From the IMG/VR virus record IMGVR_UViG_3300021093_000045, positions 14,795 through 78,794 of that record: 64,000 bases of DNA. One strand, written 5' to 3'. Made by a program: the position numbers and the translations under genes. This DNA is from a virus. The notes below the pieces were generated by a model. It worked only from the letters and a program-made list of their open reading frames with translations. It did not search any database and was not told where the DNA came from. Positions 1 through 10,784 of the stretch are shown here, piece after piece (position 1 is the first letter of the stretch; the number at the start of each line of letters is the position of its first letter).

Positions 1-2
1 AA

Positions 3-170
3 TTTGTCAATGGTGTGATTGTCAATGATGTAAAGGTTCAACTTTCTAGTGAACAAAATTACAGAGGATCTATAAATAATGATGAAAATAAAATATTTAT
101 AAGCGTTGTATTTACTTATAATAATGCTACAACACAAACGGATGTAACAATCTCAACCCCTAGAATCTGA
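3..170 (+). CDS. 3' end of a probable gp25-like baseplate wedge protein (truncated by window edge)
   Basis: Frame 3 is open from the window start (FVNGVIVNDVKVQL...NKIFISVVFTY...TISTPRI*). Its TGA overlaps the ATG of the gp6-like gene, the usual gp25-gp6 order. Confidence 0.55.
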   Translation, partial: FVNGVIVNDVKVQLSSEQNYRGSINNDENKIFISVVFTYNNATTQTDVTISTPRI

Positions 171-2149
171 TGTCAGAAATAATTAATAAAACATTTAGAA
201 ATAATACCAAAGACGTAAATTACGTCAATAGAGATTTCACATCTTTAAAACAACAGCTTATTGAGTTTACAAAACAATATTATCCGCTGTCTTATAGAGA
301 TTTCAGTGAAAGTTCTCCTGGTCAAATTTTTATTGAACAAGCCTCTTATGTTGGTGATGTTTTATCTTATTATACCGATCAACAATTTTTGGAAAGTTTT
401 ATTCAATTTGCGGTAGATCGTAGAAACATCATAAACCTAGCTAAGTTTTTGGGTTATAAACCAAAAGTTTCTTCCGCATCAACTGCGGATGTTGATATTT
501 TTCAACTTATACCATCTATACAAACTCTAGACAATAAGTTTATACCGGATGAAAGATATGCTCTTATATTAAGACCATTTACACAACTTACTAGTTTAAG
601 TGGTATAAACTTTATCGTAGAAGAAAGCATAGATTTTACACAAGACACTTTATTTTCACCAAGAGAAATCAGTGTGTTCAATAGAGACGTATCAGGTGCT
701 CCTCAATTCTTTTTATTAAAGAAATCAAGCAAGGCTTATTCTGGTACTATCGTTACCAAACAAGTAAGTGTTGACGCTGCTACTCCATTTTTAACTTTGA
801 AATTAGATGAAACAAATGTTCTTAAAGTTATAAGTATTGTAGATAGTAATAACAACAATTATTATGAAGTAGACTATTTGGCACAAGATACAATTCCATT
901 AAAAGTAGATAATGTTCCACTTACTAATCAAACATTGTCTAAGTACAGAGGTGAAACACCAAAAATTTTAAAGTATTTAAGAACCGAAAAAAGATTTGTA
1001 ACAACTATTGATGAAAGTAATTATACATATTTGCAGTTTGGTGCAAATACTGAAAATTTTCAAAATACAATTGTAATTCCTAATCCAACTAACGTTGGTG
1101 TTGCTTTATCAAACTTGAAGAATTTAAACATAAGTTTGGATGGAACAAACGTATTGAAGAGTAATTCGTATGGTGTATCACCATCGAATACAACGTTGAC
1201 AATAACATATATTATTGGTGGTGGAGTCAATTCAAATGTTAATTCTGGTGATATAAGTAAGATATCATCTACATCATTTCAAAATGATACAACTGGTTTA
1301 ACAGATAGTGAAATTAATCTTCTTAGAAGTGTTCAAAACTCACTAAGAGTCAATAATGAAGAAGCTTCAACTGGTGGTGATGATGCTGAAACCGATGAAG
1401 AAATAAGACAAAATGCTATACTAAACTTTTCAGCACAGAACAGAATGGTAACTCAAGATGATTTCTTATTGAGGATATATGCATTACCGCCGGATTTGGG
1501 TAATATTGCTAAAGCATATGTACAAAATAATTTAACTCAACAAGTAACTTATAATGGATTGGTATCTGGTTTGACAACAATAGATAATAATTTGAGTTTA
1601 AATTTAAACCCTATTAATCCACTAGATCGTAGAAAATTCTTAGAATCTAATAATCCATTTACAAATAATTTGTATTTGTTGGGTTATGATACAAACAGAA
1701 ATTTAACAGTTGTAAATGCGGCCACTTTGCAAAACTTGGTTACGTATATAAACAACTACAGGATTTTGACTGATAAGATTAACATAATTGATGGATTCAT
1801 TATAAACATAGGTATAGATTTTAAGATTTCAGTATTTCAAGGATTTAATAAACGTGAAGTATTGAATAATTGTATTGAATCCGTTAAATTATTTTTTGAT
1901 ATTGACAAATGGAGTTTTAATCAACCAATCAATTTGAGCCAATTAAATTTTGAAATAATGAAGATTGAAGGAGTACAATCTGTAACAGATATCAAAATTA
2001 AAAATTTAACTATTGACGATGGAAATTATTCTCCAGTGGCTTATAATATTAGTATAGCTACGCAAAATAACATAGTATATCCATCGAAAGATCCATCAGT
2101 ATTCGAAGTAAAATTTCCAAATTTAGACATTAAAGGATTAGTAGTATAA
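170..2149 (+). CDS. gp6: Baseplate wedge protein, T4 gp6 / baseplate-J-like
   Basis: N-terminal YVNRDFTSLKQQLIEF...YVGDVLSYYTD...LAKFLGYKPK and later ASTGGDDAETDEEIRQNA...QNRMVTQDDF are typical gp6/BplJ motifs. Confidence 0.88.
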   Translation: MSEIINKTFRNNTKDVNYVNRDFTSLKQQLIEFTKQYYPLSYRDFSESSPGQIFIEQASYVGDVLSYYTDQQFLESFIQFAVDRRNIINLAKFLGYKPKVSSASTADVDIFQLIPSIQTLDNKFIPDERYALILRPFTQLTSLSGINFIVEESIDFTQDTLFSPREISVFNRDVSGAPQFFLLKKSSKAYSGTIVTKQVSVDAATPFLTLKLDETNVLKVISIVDSNNNNYYEVDYLAQDTIPLKVDNVPLTNQTLSKYRGETPKILKYLRTEKRFVTTIDESNYTYLQFGANTENFQNTIVIPNPTNVGVALSNLKNLNISLDGTNVLKSNSYGVSPSNTTLTITYIIGGGVNSNVNSGDISKISSTSFQNDTTGLTDSEINLLRSVQNSLRVNNEEASTGGDDAETDEEIRQNAILNFSAQNRMVTQDDFLLRIYALPPDLGNIAKAYVQNNLTQQVTYNGLVSGLTTIDNNLSLNLNPINPLDRRKFLESNNPFTNNLYLLGYDTNRNLTVVNAATLQNLVTYINNYRILTDKINIIDGFIINIGIDFKISVFQGFNKREVLNNCIESVKLFFDIDKWSFNQPINLSQLNFEIMKIEGVQSVTDIKIKNLTIDDGNYSPVAYNISIATQNNIVYPSKDPSVFEVKFPNLDIKGLVV

Positions 2150-2150
2150 T

Positions 2151-4046
2151 ATGCATAAATTTATATATCCAGCAAAAGATACATACATAAACAACTCATC
2201 TAAGTATGAAAGTAAAAATTTTGGTATAGATGAAACACTAGAAATTTATGCGTCAAATAAAGGTGCTGAGACATTGTTTACCGATATAAATTGGCATACA
2301 CCACCACAAACCACACAATCATATGGTAACGAAGGATGGCTAGCATATACTACATCATCTCTTTATGTATACTCTGGCAGTATGTGGAGAAAATTTGATC
2401 TTGTATCTGATACAATAGCTAACACGACTTTCATCGCAAATTTTACAGGTAGATTATCAAATGTAACAAGTGTTCCCAGAAAGAGATTATTTGTATCTGG
2501 TTCTGCAGGTTTTTCATCTGGATCATTCAGTGGTAGTTATAACTTTACAAATAATTATTTTTACGCTAGTGGATCTTGGACAACAGGTAGTTTTTCGGGT
2601 TCTGTAAAATCTGGTTCGAAATTTACCAAATTAAATATGGGTCCACGAAACTATATAGTTTCTCCATTGACCGCATCATTAACTGGAACAGGTAGTTTTA
2701 AGAATCTTCAAGGTATTATAAATGGCAGATCAAATACTGGTCTCCCAGTTAAAACAGGTTTTTACAGACCTGTTAGTGCTTTTAGAAGTGGATCCTTTAG
2801 TGGAACATTTTCATCATCTCATTTTAATGGATTTATTCAAACCATAACATCATCAACATTATATTATGCAGATGTTGTAAACTTTATTGGTTATTTTGAT
2901 GGAATGTACGATGGTACATTTGCAAAACCTTCGACTGCAACGTATCTACTATATCCAGAATTTTCCAGAACTTTGGTTAAATTCGATTTGACACAATTAA
3001 GCCAATCAATCGCATCGAATCAAATTTCAAGTTCACATATCAAGTTTACATTGAACTTAAAAGCTTGTGGTGCTAGAAATCTTCCACTGGATTATAAAAT
3101 ATATGCGTATCCACTAAGTGCAAGTTGGGAAAATGGTAATGGTCGTTATGCAGATAATGGTAGTAAAATGGGTGCTAGTTGGGACTATAGAAACTATAGT
3201 GGAAGTGGATTGTGGTTTGGTAATTCAATATCACGCAGTTACGAAAAAATAGATTATTTGTTAACTTCATCATATGCTACTGCAAGTTTTAAAAATCAAG
3301 GCGGAACTTGGTATTATGATGTGCCACAATCATATAATAACAAATCTAAATGGATATGTAGCTCTTCATTTTTTCCAGGTTTAAGTGGATCTAGCCTGAT
3401 TGCAAGTCAATCATTTACATTTGGTGCTCAAAGTGATATAAGTATGGATATCACAACCATGGTAAGATCTTGGTTATGCGGTTGTGTACCTAATAATGGA
3501 TTAATATTGATTACATCATTAGAACTTAGTACACCACCTTTAGATTATACCGATGGATTATTACAATTCTTCAGTAAAGAATCAAATACTATATATTCTC
3601 CATACCTAGACGTAGCATGGGATGATGTAGTATTTAATACAGGTAGTCTAGCTCCATTAACCGGATCCACTGAAAATTTAATCAATATTCAGTATTTAAA
3701 ACAAGCATATAAGGCTGGTAGTATTCCAAAAGTTTTTGTATTTGGTAGGGATAAATATCCACTTAAATCTTTTAGCAAAGCATATCAACAACCTGTTATG
3801 GTTACTCCAAAGTATTTGCCAACATCATCATATTACATGATTAAGGATGCTGAATCGGAAGAAGTACTCATCAATTTTGATAGATATACTAAATTGAGTT
3901 GTGATGCAAATTTAGGCAATTATTTTATAATTGATACTTCAGGATTACCCCAAGAAAGATATTTCAAAATACTTATTAAAGTAGAATATGATGATGGTAC
4001 CGTCGACATAACGGATACTGGCAAAATATTTAAGATTGTAAGATGA
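2151..4046 (+). CDS. Virion structural protein (DNRLRE-like baseplate-associated protein with Ser/Gly-rich insertion)
   Basis: KDTYI...SRTLVKFDL...WENGNG...DISMDIT...NNGLIL...FFSKES..YSPYLDVAW pattern; lies in the baseplate operon. Confidence 0.55.
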   Translation: MHKFIYPAKDTYINNSSKYESKNFGIDETLEIYASNKGAETLFTDINWHTPPQTTQSYGNEGWLAYTTSSLYVYSGSMWRKFDLVSDTIANTTFIANFTGRLSNVTSVPRKRLFVSGSAGFSSGSFSGSYNFTNNYFYASGSWTTGSFSGSVKSGSKFTKLNMGPRNYIVSPLTASLTGTGSFKNLQGIINGRSNTGLPVKTGFYRPVSAFRSGSFSGTFSSSHFNGFIQTITSSTLYYADVVNFIGYFDGMYDGTFAKPSTATYLLYPEFSRTLVKFDLTQLSQSIASNQISSSHIKFTLNLKACGARNLPLDYKIYAYPLSASWENGNGRYADNGSKMGASWDYRNYSGSGLWFGNSISRSYEKIDYLLTSSYATASFKNQGGTWYYDVPQSYNNKSKWICSSSFFPGLSGSSLIASQSFTFGAQSDISMDITTMVRSWLCGCVPNNGLILITSLELSTPPLDYTDGLLQFFSKESNTIYSPYLDVAWDDVVFNTGSLAPLTGSTENLINIQYLKQAYKAGSIPKVFVFGRDKYPLKSFSKAYQQPVMVTPKYLPTSSYYMIKDAESEEVLINFDRYTKLSCDANLGNYFIIDTSGLPQERYFKILIKVEYDDGTVDITDTGKIFKIVR

Positions 4047-4047
4047 T

Positions 4048-4521
4048 ATGGCAAATATACCATTAGTTTATAACGTATCTTTAGTAGATATTCAAAAATT
4101 TAAAGATTTTGGGACATTCGCCAATAACTTTGATGAGTTTGGAAATCTAAAACAAGTGTATTCTGTTAGTCAATCGGTAAGTGGTAGTTTAAATTACGTA
4201 AATCTTCCTTTGAAAGCATTTGTGTATAATGAATCAAAAATTGAAGATACAAATACATTAGATTTTACAGAATTACAAACTCCTGCCGCCGCTGATAATA
4301 GAAATATCAATACGGTAATAGAAGAATATAATAAAGCCATAGCTGAAAATCGTATTTTGAACGAAACTATAAATGAATTGGTTACAAAATATGAAGATAG
4401 TGATGATAAACAAGTTATTGCTGCTATGAAAAGCGAAATTATTAATCTTAGAATCGAACTGGGACAGGGGAATGCAGCGTCTGATTTTGGAGATGACTTC
4501 CCGTTTTTACCACTAATATAA
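4048..4521 (+). CDS. Hypothetical protein with C-terminal coiled coil (baseplate operon)
   Basis: 157 aa ORF packed 1 nt from both neighbours. Confidence 0.6.
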   Translation: MANIPLVYNVSLVDIQKFKDFGTFANNFDEFGNLKQVYSVSQSVSGSLNYVNLPLKAFVYNESKIEDTNTLDFTELQTPAAADNRNINTVIEEYNKAIAENRILNETINELVTKYEDSDDKQVIAAMKSEIINLRIELGQGNAASDFGDDFPFLPLI

Positions 4522-4522
4522 T

Positions 4523-7500
4523 ATGCCTTACAATTATTTGACAATTGATGAAAATGGATCAAATACAGGTTTAGTGAGTGCTTCGTATTTCGATACAGAA
4601 CTTCAATCTTTGTACGAACAATCATACCTGACCAATGAAATATTTTTTGGTGATTCTGATGATGATTTAGTTGAATTCAGTCTATACAATTCTGAACAAG
4701 AACCTTTAGCATTTAATAGAATTATTCCTAACGTTACGTATAATGTAATTCAGGGAGATTATTTAGATATAAATGGTCAATCAAAAAACTATAGAATTTT
4801 AAATCCTAATACAAATATTCTCAGATTTGGTGATAACATGCTGTTACACCCACAATTTGATTTGAGATTTAATGAAGTAAGTCCAGGTCTATATTATCTT
4901 TTATATAATCCAATACGTAATATTGCGGGTAATACCAATACACGTTTGGTTATTAAAGAAATCTCACCAAGCAGAACAGAATTAAGACTTTCATTTGCAT
5001 TTAATAAAAATATCAGTGAATCAAATAGATTAACCTCAATTAAAACATCAGCATTTGCTAGTAAAAAATATTTGTTCTTGCAGCTTGGAGATAATTTGAA
5101 AAAGATCATAAATAACAATCCTCTTTCAAGCAATTTCTATATTAGAAACCAAGATTTTCAATCAAATATTATAAAGATTTGTCAAAATCTTGGGTTTAAA
5201 AGTGAAGCAGATTTGTTACAATTCATAATTGATAGTTACACTGGTTTTGATAAGGTACTTGTTTTAAATAGAAATGAAAATACAGATGTACTTTCATATC
5301 AATCAGTAAAGTTTACTGGTATTGCTGACCAATTAAAGAATTTCATTTATCAATATAACGATTTAGAATTTTCCGCTGACGAAATTCAATTGGCAATAAA
5401 AACTATAGTAACAAAGATTTCTCAAGATAGAATTGTACAAAAAACATCATTAAATCCGATTGATTTGCAAGATGCTGTAGACTTTTTTGTACAAGTTATA
5501 TATGAAGATTGGTTACAACCACAAACATCAGACTTACTAACTAACTATAGTATCAGATTTTTTGGATTATACAAAAATGCTTTGAATTTTGATAATGGAA
5601 ATTTAGTAAAGATTTTATCTCACACAAGTTACTTTAATTCAATTGAGGGTGTTAATAATGTACAAATCAAATTAGATTCACCATTACCAACTGAATATAA
5701 TCTCAAGACAACATGTTGGATATCTAATATTTCTATAGCACCATTATACTTTAAAGTAAACATGTATGCTGATTCGGTATCTCGTAAGGTATATTTGAAT
5801 GGAGTTAATTTTTCTGTAAAAGTTCCGACAATTGCGGCATCCAATGATACATTCTCAAATATAGATCAAAACTCTTTGTTTTATGCAAAATCAAGATTAA
5901 AACAAAAGATTAATGATTTGTTGATTGATTATAATGATTTTAATAATTTTATAAATTATTCTTCTGCTGAGTTGAGAACAAAGATTGCAAAGAATAAAAT
6001 TATTCAATATGTTGGTCTAGATACTTCTAAAGAACAAGTATCTACTCGAGCAAGTAATTCAAGTCCTTCAATTTCGTCGTCTTTATCTGAAAGATTTAAT
6101 GTTTTAACTCAAGATCAAATTAACATACTAAACACATTTGATGAATATGAATCATATTTGTTCTTCAATACGTCTAGTATAGATGATAAAATTCAAGAGG
6201 GTATATCATATGATAAAGACAACTATGATAGTTTATTAAATCAGTTGCCTGCTTATTTAAAGAATGATCCACAATCTGAAGATTATATAAAATTTACATC
6301 GATGGTTGGTCACTTTTTCGATAATATCTTAGTATACATTAAAAAGTTTCCAAGAGCTTATCCAATATCATACAATGACAGCAATGATTATCCAAAAAAT
6401 TACATCGAAGAACTATTAAATTCATTTAACTGGAATTTAGATAACGTTAAATTTGAAAAGAGTGATATACGTCAACTTTTATTCAATAATACCGAATACA
6501 CAGGTTCACTTTCATCTTCTTACTTTGATTATGCCAAATCTATATTAAATAGATTTACCAATAATTTAAGTGGTGTATATAAAACAAAAGGAACTGGTAC
6601 GTCATATGAATTGATTAGAAGTATATTTGGTGTGTCATCTGACTTAATACAGCCTGTAGAATATGGAAGTAGTGATGTTTTTGTAAATAGACAAGTATTC
6701 TATGACTTTGATGATATTATATACATGTCCAAATTTACAAACAACGAGTATATAAAATTTAATTATACTGGCAGCGAATTTAAATTGGTACCTTCTGGAA
6801 ATGCATATTCACAAAGTGCAAGTACTGGTATAACACAATCTTTTAGAGAAGTGTTTACAGGTCTATCCGCTTTAGAATTATCATTTAAATTCAAAATTAA
6901 AAATTATGATTTTTTAGACCGTATTCCACTAATTAAGAAACAGCGAAATGGTACCGATTGGCAAATTTATGTTAAGAAGTCTATACAGAAAGAAAGTGGT
7001 CAATTAATATTTAATTTCCAACCTTATGAATCTAATGAAGCTATTAATATAGTGTTACCAGAATTGCCTTTACTCAATGGTGACGTATATACTTTGTTAT
7101 TATCAAGAGAATTAGCTCCAATCGCATTTGATATACCGGAAACTATTATCAATAGCAGTGCACTAACTCAGTCTATAACATCGTCTACGGCTGAAAAATA
7201 TGCACCATATGTGTACACATTAGCTGTTAATCAATATTATGGAAGCCAATTAAATTTTACTGCAAAAAAGACATCAACAGTATTATACGAATATAATCAG
7301 TTTTTCTCAAGCGGTAGTTATCATGTTGGTAATTTTTTAACCACAACTAAATTTGTAGGAAATATTGATAAAATCAAAGTTTATTTGGATCCTATCTCTC
7401 AAGATAATTTTAATGAACATTCATATAATATCAATTCATTTTCTATAGATGATAAGAGTAGAGAGTATGAAAATGCTAGGTATGTTTGGAGTTTTGATAC

Positions 7501-8965
7501 TCCTATCAGCCTGTACACAACCGCATCTGGAAAGTTAGTACCAAATCAAAACCCTTATTATAAAGATTTTTTCACAGCTGTAAATTTTCCAGCACAAATT
7601 AAAAATGTTGGTTATCCTGTATGTAAACCTATGGAAGTAACAGACTTTCCATATCAATTTGAAAAGTTGTCATTAAAACAAACTATTAATTCAAATAAAT
7701 TTGGTCCAAATTATAGAAATAATAGTAAGATTAATAAAATCGATTTGAAATTGGATACTAATTTAGTTCCATCTGAGGAATCCGCATATACAACAGATGT
7801 ACTTGGTGCGGACTCAAATGTTATTGGATATTATATCACTCCATATAACTACCTAAACACAAAGATTGAAGACTTTTTAGGCAAGGATGGTATTGCAAAT
7901 ATCATTGGCGATCCAGCATATTTAACACAACAAAGTTATCCAGAACTTAAAGTTTTGCAAAGGGAATTTGCTGCGTTAAATGAAAAGTACATATATCCAC
8001 AAGAGTTTTTATCAACCTATAATTTTTACATAGATTTTTCTATTTTTGATTTTATTAAGAAAATAACTCCACAAAGAGCTACTTTAAAACGTGGTATATT
8101 ATTAGAACCATCAGTATTTGAACGTCAAAAATTCAACTATAGAAACGTTGAAGTCACCGCTTTAAATCCTGATAACGCTTTGGTCTCTTCATCTAGTTTA
8201 ATAACATTTAATAACTACGCTACACTTACATCGTCCTTAACTAATACCGAGAGTACATCAAGTTACGGAGTTTTAAGATTGCTTGAGACTAATGATATTG
8301 ATATTGATCACGATCAATATAATTATTCGATGTTTGAAATTCCATCTGAATTTGACTCTAGAGACTTTGTTTATAGTAAATATGGTAAAGATGTAGGTAT
8401 AGATAATGATGGTCCATATATCAAAGATTTAGCTAAGGTGAATGATAATCAATATTATTTGATGACAAATAATAGATTACCTTCTCTGGTAGCATTTTCG
8501 TCTAGCTTTTACAGAGTTACTCAAATTGGATCTGGATCTATAACAGGTAGTAGTATTTATAAAGATTTGTATAAAGGAGACTTAAATTCCGGATATTCAA
8601 AACGTCACTTAAGCAAATTTGTATTTGCAGGATCTAGAACCAAATATAGGGCCGTAAGTGGTTCTATTTATAAAATTATCAATGGTGTAAAATTGGACAA
8701 AAATGCTTCTTTAACATATTATACATTTACCAAGGGTAAAAATGATTATACTCGTACCGTAAATAGAAGTGGTTTGCCGAATGGTTCATCTCCAATTATA
8801 ACTATACCTGGTTATTTATCTCTACAAGTCACTAGTAGTACTTTTACCAAATATGGTAAATTGACTGGGTCTATATCAAGTCCTCAGTCAATATTTGTAC
8901 AACAACCACTTACCGCATCGATATATACAAGTTCAAGTTTAGACACGTACATAATGAATTTATAA
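4523..8965 (+). CDS. Large baseplate structural protein (possibly gp7-like wedge with a LamG-like domain)
   Basis: 1480 aa. The YKTKGT..SYELIRSIFG motif resembles gp7/P2 gpI-type wedge proteins; a GNIDKIKVY LamG-like segment follows. Operon context agrees. Confidence 0.55.
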   Translation: MPYNYLTIDENGSNTGLVSASYFDTELQSLYEQSYLTNEIFFGDSDDDLVEFSLYNSEQEPLAFNRIIPNVTYNVIQGDYLDINGQSKNYRILNPNTNILRFGDNMLLHPQFDLRFNEVSPGLYYLLYNPIRNIAGNTNTRLVIKEISPSRTELRLSFAFNKNISESNRLTSIKTSAFASKKYLFLQLGDNLKKIINNNPLSSNFYIRNQDFQSNIIKICQNLGFKSEADLLQFIIDSYTGFDKVLVLNRNENTDVLSYQSVKFTGIADQLKNFIYQYNDLEFSADEIQLAIKTIVTKISQDRIVQKTSLNPIDLQDAVDFFVQVIYEDWLQPQTSDLLTNYSIRFFGLYKNALNFDNGNLVKILSHTSYFNSIEGVNNVQIKLDSPLPTEYNLKTTCWISNISIAPLYFKVNMYADSVSRKVYLNGVNFSVKVPTIAASNDTFSNIDQNSLFYAKSRLKQKINDLLIDYNDFNNFINYSSAELRTKIAKNKIIQYVGLDTSKEQVSTRASNSSPSISSSLSERFNVLTQDQINILNTFDEYESYLFFNTSSIDDKIQEGISYDKDNYDSLLNQLPAYLKNDPQSEDYIKFTSMVGHFFDNILVYIKKFPRAYPISYNDSNDYPKNYIEELLNSFNWNLDNVKFEKSDIRQLLFNNTEYTGSLSSSYFDYAKSILNRFTNNLSGVYKTKGTGTSYELIRSIFGVSSDLIQPVEYGSSDVFVNRQVFYDFDDIIYMSKFTNNEYIKFNYTGSEFKLVPSGNAYSQSASTGITQSFREVFTGLSALELSFKFKIKNYDFLDRIPLIKKQRNGTDWQIYVKKSIQKESGQLIFNFQPYESNEAINIVLPELPLLNGDVYTLLLSRELAPIAFDIPETIINSSALTQSITSSTAEKYAPYVYTLAVNQYYGSQLNFTAKKTSTVLYEYNQFFSSGSYHVGNFLTTTKFVGNIDKIKVYLDPISQDNFNEHSYNINSFSIDDKSREYENARYVWSFDTPISLYTTASGKLVPNQNPYYKDFFTAVNFPAQIKNVGYPVCKPMEVTDFPYQFEKLSLKQTINSNKFGPNYRNNSKINKIDLKLDTNLVPSEESAYTTDVLGADSNVIGYYITPYNYLNTKIEDFLGKDGIANIIGDPAYLTQQSYPELKVLQREFAALNEKYIYPQEFLSTYNFYIDFSIFDFIKKITPQRATLKRGILLEPSVFERQKFNYRNVEVTALNPDNALVSSSSLITFNNYATLTSSLTNTESTSSYGVLRLLETNDIDIDHDQYNYSMFEIPSEFDSRDFVYSKYGKDVGIDNDGPYIKDLAKVNDNQYYLMTNNRLPSLVAFSSSFYRVTQIGSGSITGSSIYKDLYKGDLNSGYSKRHLSKFVFAGSRTKYRAVSGSIYKIINGVKLDKNASLTYYTFTKGKNDYTRTVNRSGLPNGSSPIITIPGYLSLQVTSSTFTKYGKLTGSISSPQSIFVQQPLTASIYTSSSLDTYIMNL

Positions 8966-9011
8966 TTACAAATTTCGATAAAAAACTAAAACTTTGATAT
9001 AATTATTATAT

Positions 9012-9650
9012 ATGGCATATTTAGATAACAATGTTCTTACGGTAAACGCCGTTCTCACCAAGAAAGGTAGAGAAATTTTAGCAAAAACTGGTGGTTTAAA
9101 TATCACAGCATTTGCTTTATCCGACGATGAAATTGATTATACTCAATTTAATCCAAATCATCCACAAGGAAGTGCTTTTTACGATATAGCTATTCGTAAT
9201 ACACCAGTTATGGAACCTATTACCGACGAATCACAACTTATGAAATATAAGTTGGTCACATTGAATGATGGTGTAACAGCTGTACCTACAATCAATTTGA
9301 ATATTTCCAGTATTAATGTACCAAGAGATTTTACCGGGGAAATATTGTTGAGTCCAAGTACAAATCCAACATACAATGTAACACTAGGATACACTGCAAT
9401 TTTGGCAAATAAGAATGTTGGTACTTTGGTTGTTACAGAAACTAATAGTATAAATTCTACAACTGCTACAGTTCCAACATTTGCTGGAGATTTGGCATCC
9501 AATACTTCTCAAGCCGTCGTGGGTAATAAATTTAGATTTATTCCAAACGCTTCTCTTTCTAAGACTACAACCACAAATATTACATTGATTGGTAATGAAA
9601 GTGGTGGTAATACAGCAATTAATGTTACAGTAACGGTGCCAACAACTTGA
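9012..9650 (+). CDS. Baseplate/tail-collar structural protein
   Basis: AVLTKKGREILAK...ITAFALSDDEIDY resembles the N-terminus of tail-collar (P2 gpH-like) domains; beta-rich C-terminus. Confidence 0.6.
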   Translation: MAYLDNNVLTVNAVLTKKGREILAKTGGLNITAFALSDDEIDYTQFNPNHPQGSAFYDIAIRNTPVMEPITDESQLMKYKLVTLNDGVTAVPTINLNISSINVPRDFTGEILLSPSTNPTYNVTLGYTAILANKNVGTLVVTETNSINSTTATVPTFAGDLASNTSQAVVGNKFRFIPNASLSKTTTTNITLIGNESGGNTAINVTVTVPTT

Positions 9651-9656
9651 TAAATT

Positions 9657-10754
9657 ATGATATTCAGTCAATTTACAAACGATGATATAGTAGCAGGTAG
9701 AATTAACCAAGTCTCATCTGGTATGTTCGGAACAGGCGATTTACAAGTTAGTCAATCGCTATTTACTACATCATCAACACAAGGTCGTCAGTTAACTGGC
9801 TCGACACCATACGATGTAAAAAATGGCCAGTATTATGTGGATGTTTATTATGACTCCGAACAATATTTTTCAGTTGCTTATGGAGATTATGCTAATAGTG
9901 GTAGTTCAAAATTCAGTTGGCCAGGCAATGCCGTCCCAGTATTAACTAACGAAACAAAAGTTATTTATACTCAATATAAGAATACACTATTACAACCAGG
10001 TGATTCACTATTTAGTTTTGCATCTGGTAGCGTAGATAATCCAGTTGATAGTGAAGCAATTTTTGCTGTTAACTATTCGGCTGATAAGTTTAAAGATCAA
10101 ATCGATCCGGGTCAAATTCAATTTAATTTAAGTGGTGCAAATGGCGTTTATTCGTATATCGACGATTCACAAGTTGTAAATAAATCACTCGGCGTATATA
10201 ATCTTATTTCAGGATCAGTTATCAATGGCCTACCAACTCCTTATTTGAAAAATAATAGTCCTGTTTATGAAGGTATTGGGTTGTTTTATCCAACCAATGG
10301 TATTGTTATATTTAATGCATTAACACTACAAACAAGAGTTGGTGTAATCACAACATTTAATAGAACAATTGCTTCAGGTACAAATGAATATTCAACCCAA
10401 GTTCTGGGTAATTGGAGAGTTTGGACAAGAGACTTTTTTAAATCACTTAAAGGTACTAACAAATTAATGAGTGTAAGAAAGAGTGAATTTGTTCCATCAT
10501 CAAACTACTTCGTTCGTATTAAAAATAGACAATTTAACTATAGTAATAATCCAACATTTGTGTCTGATGGCACAGATGGACTTACCAAAGGTACTATTAT
10601 TTATCAAGATTTAATAAATAATCCTCGTACATATATCACTTCGGTTGGACTATACAATGTAAACAATGAATTACTAGCAATTGGTAAGCTAAGTAAACCA
10701 ACACAAAAATCATTTGATAATGAATTGTTGATTAAAGTAAGAATTGACTTTTAA
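9657..10754 (+). CDS. Baseplate/tail-collar structural protein
   Basis: C-terminal YITSVGLYNVNNELLAIGKLSKP..K motif of tail-collar/baseplate proteins. Confidence 0.62.
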   Translation: MIFSQFTNDDIVAGRINQVSSGMFGTGDLQVSQSLFTTSSTQGRQLTGSTPYDVKNGQYYVDVYYDSEQYFSVAYGDYANSGSSKFSWPGNAVPVLTNETKVIYTQYKNTLLQPGDSLFSFASGSVDNPVDSEAIFAVNYSADKFKDQIDPGQIQFNLSGANGVYSYIDDSQVVNKSLGVYNLISGSVINGLPTPYLKNNSPVYEGIGLFYPTNGIVIFNALTLQTRVGVITTFNRTIASGTNEYSTQVLGNWRVWTRDFFKSLKGTNKLMSVRKSEFVPSSNYFVRIKNRQFNYSNNPTFVSDGTDGLTKGTIIYQDLINNPRTYITSVGLYNVNNELLAIGKLSKPTQKSFDNELLIKVRIDF

Positions 10755-10784
10755 TTATCAATAAATCCTCCTATTTATATTGGG